Assembly: GCA_964291235.2 (NCBI GenBank)
Contig: OZ219816.1
Span: forward strand, 1,216,001 to 1,280,000
Direction of reading: 5' to 3'
Length of the DNA stretch: 64,000 nucleotides
DNA from: Vicinamibacteria bacterium
GTDB taxonomy: Bacteria > Acidobacteriota > Vicinamibacteria > Marinacidobacterales > Marinacidobacteraceae
Shown: positions 58,530-64,000 of the stretch, piece by piece
Layout of the letters: every line of letters begins with the position of its first letter
Numbering within the stretch: the first letter of the stretch is position 1
Translations under genes and position numbers: made by a program
The notes under the pieces: generated by a model
What the model saw: the letters and a program-made list of their open reading frames with translations, nothing else
Databases searched by the model: none
Told to the model about the DNA's origin: nothing

Positions 58530-59633
58530 TCAGTAGCCCACGAATTCGAGGGCGGGGGATCCGAGTCCCGCAATCAGCAGCAGGCTGACGGCTCCCACCA
58601 CCAGGGCAGCAAAAAGTCCGAAGAGAAACGGACGGAGACCGATTTGCCGCAGGCCGGCAAGACTCGTCTGGAGCCCCACGGCCGCCATGGCCAGCAGCAG
58701 ACAGGTTTCGGCGGCATGGCGGAAGAAGCCGACCAGCTGCCTCCAGACGTCCGGATCGAGGAAACCGAACGCCGCCTCCCCGTGATCGCCGATCGTGCGG
58801 AGGGCGGAGCACGCCGCGAATCCGATCACGAACAGGGGAATCATGCGCAGCCAGGCGCGGGCGCCCGGAGATTCGATCGACCGGGCGCCGCCGAAGAGAA
58901 TCCCGGCCAGCGGGATCAGCGCGAGCATCGAGAGGTTCCGCACCAGTTTGGTGACGGTCGCGACGTCGAGCGCCACCGGAGCGCCGTACTGGGCCTGGTA
59001 CATCGCGCCCGCTCCCGCGACCTGGGCGGTTTCGTGGATGGACGCCCCGAGGAAGAGCCCGGCAAGCTCGGGCTGGCCTCCAAACATCGCATTCGCGAGG
59101 ATCGGGTATCCGAACATCGCGGCGATCCCGAAGACCGTGATGCAGGAAACGGCGTAGGTGACCTCGGCCTGCCGGGCCCGAATGAGCGGCGCGGTCGCCA
59201 CGATCGCGGTGGCCCCGCAGATACTCGTTCCCGCCGCGATCAACCCGGCCAGGGTCCGCGAGAGTCCGAGACGTGGTCCCAACAGCCGGACCACGCTCAC
59301 CCCGGCGGCGACGGCGACCACCACGAAGGGCAGGGCGACCAGGGTGAATTTGCCGGCGGCGAGCAGGCTCAGGCGGAAGCCGAGCAACACGATGCCGAGA
59401 CGCAGGATCGTGGTCGAACAAAACCGCAGACCCGGGGCGCCCGCCCCCGCCCAACCGGACAGGTTGGCGACGACCATGCCGAGGAGGATCGCCAACATGA
59501 TCGGGCTGATCGGAGTGCCCGAGAGTCCGAGCAGCGCCTGGGCGATCCACTGCGCGGAAAACGTGGCGACCGCCGAGACCAGCGCCGCCAGGGCCAAGCC
59601 GGTCCAGAAGGCGCGGGATCGCATCGTCTGCAT
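58530..59633 (-). CDS. YeiH/UPF0324 putative sulfate exporter family membrane protein
   Basis: LRLGIVLLG, GTSICGATAI, GASIHETAQV, TKLVRN and MAAVGLQT. Confidence 0.9.
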   Translation of the reverse strand: MQTMRSRAFWTGLALAALVSAVATFSAQWIAQALLGLSGTPISPIMLAILLGMVVANLSGWAGAGAPGLRFCSTTILRLGIVLLGFRLSLLAAGKFTLVALPFVVVAVAAGVSVVRLLGPRLGLSRTLAGLIAAGTSICGATAIVATAPLIRARQAEVTYAVSCITVFGIAAMFGYPILANAMFGGQPELAGLFLGASIHETAQVAGAGAMYQAQYGAPVALDVATVTKLVRNLSMLALIPLAGILFGGARSIESPGARAWLRMIPLFVIGFAACSALRTIGDHGEAAFGFLDPDVWRQLVGFFRHAAETCLLLAMAAVGLQTSLAGLRQIGLRPFLFGLFAALVVGAVSLLLIAGLGSPALEFVGY

Positions 59634-59702
59634 GTGTTCCTTGCGGTCTCCCTGGCAGTTCCGCCCGCGCGCTCCGTCCCGCCACGGTATCCGGGGTGAA
59701 GC

Positions 59703-61034
59703 CTAAGGGCGCGGGCCGCCCGTACCGAATCCCGTGACGCCCACCCGGCGGGGGATGTAATGGTCGGGGTCCACCGTTCGGTGAAACACGATCCGGCCGT
59801 TACTCATGACGAACATGGGCTCGTGGGTGGCGTAGATGTCCTCGAGGGGGTTGCCGTCCACGGACACCAGGTCGGCTTCCAGCCCGACTTCAATCGCCCC
59901 GGTCCGGTCCCGGATCCCGTACACCTCGGCGGAGCGGATGGTGGCCGCCTGCAGCGCCTGCAGCGGGGTCATCCCCATCTCGACGAAGTGGGTCATTTCC
60001 CGGTAGATCCGAACGTTGGTGCGCGGGCCGTACTGGGTATCGGTGGCAGTGATGATGGTGACCCCGAGTTCGAGGGCGCGCTGGAACCCCTTTTCCAGGT
60101 AGTGGAGCAGGTGGCTGCCCCGCTGGTAACTCGCTGACGACTCGTAGTCGTCATGGGGTAGCAGGAAGCCGACGACCGAGGTGTAGGTGGGTACCCACGC
60201 GGTACCCATTTCCAGCATCAGCCGGAGCCCCTCCTCATCCACATAGGAGCCGTGCTCGATCGTGGCGCAGCCGGCGATGATGGCGTTTCTGACGACCTCC
60301 TTGCCGTGCGAGTGGCACGCCACCTTCACGCCGAGCGCGTCCGCTTCCTCCACGATGGCGGTGAGCTCTTCGACGCTGTAAACCAGCATCTTGGGGTCGG
60401 GGCCGTTCGGGCCCGAGGTCGTGCCGCCGGAGCGGGTCTTGATCCAGCGGGCGCCGCGGTCCACGTCCACCTGAACCACCTCGCGCACCGCTTCGGGGCC
60501 CTTGACCTCGCGGTGGAGGTACTTGTAGAGCCGGGGATCGGCGAGCGCGGACTGGCCGAGATTCGGCAGGACATACACCCCGGCCGCGAAGATCTCCGGC
60601 CCCGCGAGATACCCCTGCTCGACCATGTCGTTCATCCGCACATCGAGGAAGCTGCCCACCGCGGCGCTCTTCATGGTGGTGACACCGGATTCAAGGGCCC
60701 GGTAGAGGCCATCCAGCGTGCGCCCGTGCCAGTGGGCGTCGAAGAGGCCGGGCATCAGGTGCCGGCCGCCCATGTCGAGCAGATGGACGCCTTCGGGAGG
60801 TGCGTCGGTCCCGACGGATTCGATGAGTCCGTCGCGGACCACCACCACCGCGTCCTCCAGCACGGTGCCGTCCACCACGTTCACCACGTGGGTATTGACC
60901 AGCGCCACGTGGGCCCGGGGCAGAATCCCGTCCTCCCCCGGCAGGTAGGGGACGGTGGGCTGCGCCAGGACAGTACTGGCGGCCGTTGCGGCGACCGCGG
61001 CCAAAGCCGCGATCCGGAACAGTCTGTGAGTCAT
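59703..61034 (-). CDS. Secreted amidohydrolase family protein (Xaa-Pro dipeptidase-like)
   Basis: PGLFDAHWH, VACHSHG, TIEHGS, TATD and DLVSVDGNPL. Confidence 0.88.
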   Translation of the reverse strand: MTHRLFRIAALAAVAATAASTVLAQPTVPYLPGEDGILPRAHVALVNTHVVNVVDGTVLEDAVVVVRDGLIESVGTDAPPEGVHLLDMGGRHLMPGLFDAHWHGRTLDGLYRALESGVTTMKSAAVGSFLDVRMNDMVEQGYLAGPEIFAAGVYVLPNLGQSALADPRLYKYLHREVKGPEAVREVVQVDVDRGARWIKTRSGGTTSGPNGPDPKMLVYSVEELTAIVEEADALGVKVACHSHGKEVVRNAIIAGCATIEHGSYVDEEGLRLMLEMGTAWVPTYTSVVGFLLPHDDYESSASYQRGSHLLHYLEKGFQRALELGVTIITATDTQYGPRTNVRIYREMTHFVEMGMTPLQALQAATIRSAEVYGIRDRTGAIEVGLEADLVSVDGNPLEDIYATHEPMFVMSNGRIVFHRTVDPDHYIPRRVGVTGFGTGGPRP

Positions 61035-61102
61035 TCGGAATCCTCCGGAACCCGATGGTATGTTCGGAACGTCGTGAGCAGCGACGGCGAAGGAGAAGTG
61101 GC

Positions 61103-62386
61103 ATGCACCGAAGAGCTTTTCTGGCTGCGACGGGCGGAGCGCTGACCGCGCTTCACGCGGATGCCGGGGAACGGATCGGCAAGGCGGTGGCGCGCCTCGG
61201 CGCCCGCACCGCCCAGGCAACGGCACAGGACGAGGACTTCTGGTTCCGGGTGCGCGAGGCGTTCACCATCGACCGCAATCACATCAACCTGAACTCGGGC
61301 AGCGTGAGCCCGGCCCCCGTCACTGTCCAGCGCGCGATGCAACAGTATTGGGACATCATGAACATGGGGCCCTCGCTCTACGTGGACGAACTGCTCGGGC
61401 CGCGGATCGAGGTGGCGCGGCGGAGGCTCGCGGAGACCTTCGGCTGCGGGACCGACGAGATCGCGTTCACCCGGAACGCCAGCGAGGCGATGGAAATCGT
61501 GCAGTTCGGACTTCCGCTCGCGGCCGGGGACGAGGTGCTCACCACCACCCAGGACTACCCGCGGATGCTCATGACCTTCCGCCAGCGAGAACGACGGGAC
61601 GGAATCGTCCTCCGGACGGTGCCCTACCCGACGCCTCCCGAGGATCTATCCGAGCTGACGGGCATCCTCGAGCGGGCGATCACCCCGAAGACGAAGCTGC
61701 TCCTGATCTGCCACACGACTTTCACCACCGGACAGATCTTCCCGGTCGGGGAGATCTGCCGGATGGCGCGCCGTCACGGCATCGAGACCCTGGTGGACGG
61801 CGCTCACGGTTTCGCGCACTTTCCGTTCACCCGGGATGAGCTCGACTGCGACTACTACGGGACGAGCCTCCACAAGTGGCTTTTCGCACCCGTCGGCACG
61901 GGTTTCCTCTATGTCCGCAAGGAGAAGATCCCCAAGGTCTGGCCCCTCATGAGCGCCCCCACCAGCCAGGACGACGACATCCGGAAGTTCGAGCAGATCG
62001 GGACCAACCCGATCGCCGTCCGCGGCCCCATCACCGAGGCGGTGACCTTCCACGAGGGTCTCGGCGCCGAACGAAAGGCCGAGCGGCTGGTGTATCTGCG
62101 TCGCCGCTGGGCGGAGCGGGTCAAGGAACTTCCGGGGGTACAAGTGCTGAATCCGCCGGATATCAAGCAGGCCTGCGGCATCGGAGCGATGCGGATCGAG
62201 GGCGTGGACTCCGGCGCGTTGACCGACTTCCTCGAACGGAAGTACCGGATTCACGTGCGGCCCCGCTTCGTGCAGGGCGAGTTCGACTGCATCCGCGTCT
62301 CTCCGAGCGTCTTCAGCACGCTCGAGGAAATTGATCTCTTCGCTGCCGGGATCGAAGACGCAGCCCGGAACGGGGTATCGGCGTGA
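61103..62386 (+). CDS. Tat-exported aminotransferase class V (isopenicillin-N-epimerase/SufS-like)
   Basis: MHRRAFL, LNSGSVSP, VDGAH and TSLHKWLFAPVGTG; AGGAG RBS. Confidence 0.88.
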   Translation: MHRRAFLAATGGALTALHADAGERIGKAVARLGARTAQATAQDEDFWFRVREAFTIDRNHINLNSGSVSPAPVTVQRAMQQYWDIMNMGPSLYVDELLGPRIEVARRRLAETFGCGTDEIAFTRNASEAMEIVQFGLPLAAGDEVLTTTQDYPRMLMTFRQRERRDGIVLRTVPYPTPPEDLSELTGILERAITPKTKLLLICHTTFTTGQIFPVGEICRMARRHGIETLVDGAHGFAHFPFTRDELDCDYYGTSLHKWLFAPVGTGFLYVRKEKIPKVWPLMSAPTSQDDDIRKFEQIGTNPIAVRGPITEAVTFHEGLGAERKAERLVYLRRRWAERVKELPGVQVLNPPDIKQACGIGAMRIEGVDSGALTDFLERKYRIHVRPRFVQGEFDCIRVSPSVFSTLEEIDLFAAGIEDAARNGVSA

Positions 62387-63597
62387 GTGCGGGGGACGGG
62401 GTTCGCCGCCGGGAGTTCCTCAAGGGTGCGATGGCGGCGCTTCCGGCGGCCGCGGCGTGCGGCGGGGCCGGGGAAAGCCCCGCACCCGAAACGCAGCCGT
62501 CATCCGGATCCGGCCCACCGTCGGGAGTGGCGCTTTGGGGCCAGGACCTCGGCCTCGGCGAGATGTACCGGGGGGACGGTGGTCAGACCGAAGTCGAGCT
62601 CTACGTCCAGAAGTGCGCCGATCACGGCGTCTCGCGGGTGTTCGCGCCGGGGGCGTCGGCGGAACTCGTGGAGGCCGGCGCCGCGGTGGGGGTGGAGGTG
62701 CATCCCTACAAGGCCGTCGCATCCGCCGGCGGGATCCGGATGTACCCCGCGTGGTCCTCGAACTTCATGGTGCCTCGTTTCGGCACCGGGGAGGGAAGGG
62801 AGATCCTGAATTCCCACCGGCCCATCTGGAGCCACCCGCAGCGGATCGAAAGTCTGAGTGACTTCGTTCGCGAGAATCCCGAGCATCGCCATCGAAACCG
62901 GGAGTTGACCGACGAACTGCAACCCTACGAAAGGGTGTTCCTGAGTCCGGGGCTTCCCGAGGGACGGGCGGAAGAAGCCGCGGTGTTCTCGGGACTCCTC
63001 TCCCGGAGCGGGGGACGCGGGATCCAGGCCGAGTTCGTCTCCATCAACGAGGACGAGAGCGGCGTCACCACCGACGGCTACGAGGATTCGATCGCCGGCG
63101 CCTTCCGCGAGGCCACCGGGCGCGATCCCTTCCAGCTACCGAACGACGATCCGGAGTGGGTGCAGTTCCGGGCCGACCGCTGGACCGACATGGTCCGGAC
63201 GATCCGGGATGCGGTCAAGGCGGTCCGTTCCGATGCGGTCTTCACCATTACCGTCATCAATCGCGACGCCGGCGGCTACGTTCCCCGAATCCAGGATTGG
63301 CCGGCCTGGGTCGAACAGGGGCTCTGCGACGAGATGCACCTCTGGTTCCGCTCCACCACCGACATGCCGACCATCGAACGGCACTGCCGCCACTTCGTGG
63401 ATACGGTGGCCGGCCGGGTCCCGACGATGGCCGAATTCTCGGCCTACCACCCGGGGAGCCTCCAGACGGCCGACGCCATGATGGAGGCGGCCCGCATCGC
63501 GCGCGGCGCCGGGATGGACGGGCTCGGGATCTACCGGAGCCACGCGGTGGAGCAGCTCGGGTTCTGGCCGCTCCTCGACCAGATGACGCGCCTCTAG
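62383..63597 (+). CDS. Tat lipoprotein with putative GHL10-like TIM-barrel
   Basis: RRREFLK..AAAC, WVQFRAD and QDWPAWVEQG; GTGA overlap. Confidence 0.6.
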   Translation: MSAGDGVRRREFLKGAMAALPAAAACGGAGESPAPETQPSSGSGPPSGVALWGQDLGLGEMYRGDGGQTEVELYVQKCADHGVSRVFAPGASAELVEAGAAVGVEVHPYKAVASAGGIRMYPAWSSNFMVPRFGTGEGREILNSHRPIWSHPQRIESLSDFVRENPEHRHRNRELTDELQPYERVFLSPGLPEGRAEEAAVFSGLLSRSGGRGIQAEFVSINEDESGVTTDGYEDSIAGAFREATGRDPFQLPNDDPEWVQFRADRWTDMVRTIRDAVKAVRSDAVFTITVINRDAGGYVPRIQDWPAWVEQGLCDEMHLWFRSTTDMPTIERHCRHFVDTVAGRVPTMAEFSAYHPGSLQTADAMMEAARIARGAGMDGLGIYRSHAVEQLGFWPLLDQMTRL

Positions 63598-63709
63598 CCC
63601 GGATTCGCATCCTTGCGAATCAATCCGCCACACAGTACCCACCCAAGCGGGGACGGCGTAACGCCCCTGTGCCTCCGCGCCGTGCGGCTGACTACCAACG
63701 TGGGGTTCA

Positions 63710-63747
63710 GGAGGCCGACCCAGTTCTTCCGGTGGCGTTCCCGTGCC
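63710..63747 (+). repeat. Degenerate REP variant related to the IS110 target
   Basis: Reverse complement reads GGCACGGGAACG-CC-ACCGGAAGAACTGGGTCGGCCTCC. Confidence 0.65.
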
Positions 63748-63775
63748 GGTGCGCCACTAACTCCGCGGTCGTGGG

Positions 63776-64000
63776 TTACTCGGCCATCCGCACCAGCACC
63801 AGGGTGGCAAACGGCACTTCCTGGACGGCGGCCGGCAACTCGCGAATCAGGCCGATCGGCTCGTGCGGAGTCACGTCGGCATCGCGGGCGGTAAAGGTCG
63901 TCCCGCTGTCGGTCCCGGAGTCATACCCGACGAGATCCAACTCGAGCTGCGCCAACCAGCAGCCGTCCTCCTGCAGCGAGACCCCACTTACCCCGACGAA
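63776..64000 (-). CDS. C-terminus of a third Spondin_N domain protein (truncated by the window; absent from the ORF track)
   Basis: Manual translation gives FVGVSGVSLQEDGCWLAQLELDLVGYDSGTDSGTTFTARDADVTPHEPI...VRMAE*. Confidence 0.75.
   Translation of the reverse strand, partial: FVGVSGVSLQEDGCWLAQLELDLVGYDSGTDSGTTFTARDADVTPHEPIGLIRELPAAVQEVPFATLVLVRMAE

Noticed and set aside
1-64000. tRNA or rRNA genes
   Set aside because: No cloverleaf or rRNA-like sequence was recognised in the intergenic gaps by eye; tRNAscan-SE or Infernal would be needed to exclude them.

Overview
GC-rich (roughly 68-70% by eye), gene-dense bacterial DNA. The gene content resembles Acidobacteriota or Gemmatimonadota, which is an inference. 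It carries a MoxR AAA+/DUF58/BatA-vWA/DUF4175-type operon (1-13675), hflKC, many exported peptidases and amidohydrolases, and three spondin-domain genes. A GriC/GriD(EhpF/G)-like reductase + glycosyltransferase + ABC exporter gene set appears split into two blocks. A modular REP/BIME-like repeat family sits in most gaps between convergent genes. The best-supported highlight is a complete IS110-family element (20562-22101) inserted at a CC core inside one of these repeats. Its 5' non-coding end can be read directly as a bridge RNA: a target-binding loop (GAGCCCC ... CGGTGG-AC) and a donor-binding loop (GTGGAGAGTC ... TATAGG-GG) match the reconstructed target and circle-junction sequences. A near-identical empty target lies at 46475-46495, and circularisation would create a sigma70-like promoter. 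All family calls come from motif recognition, not database searches.
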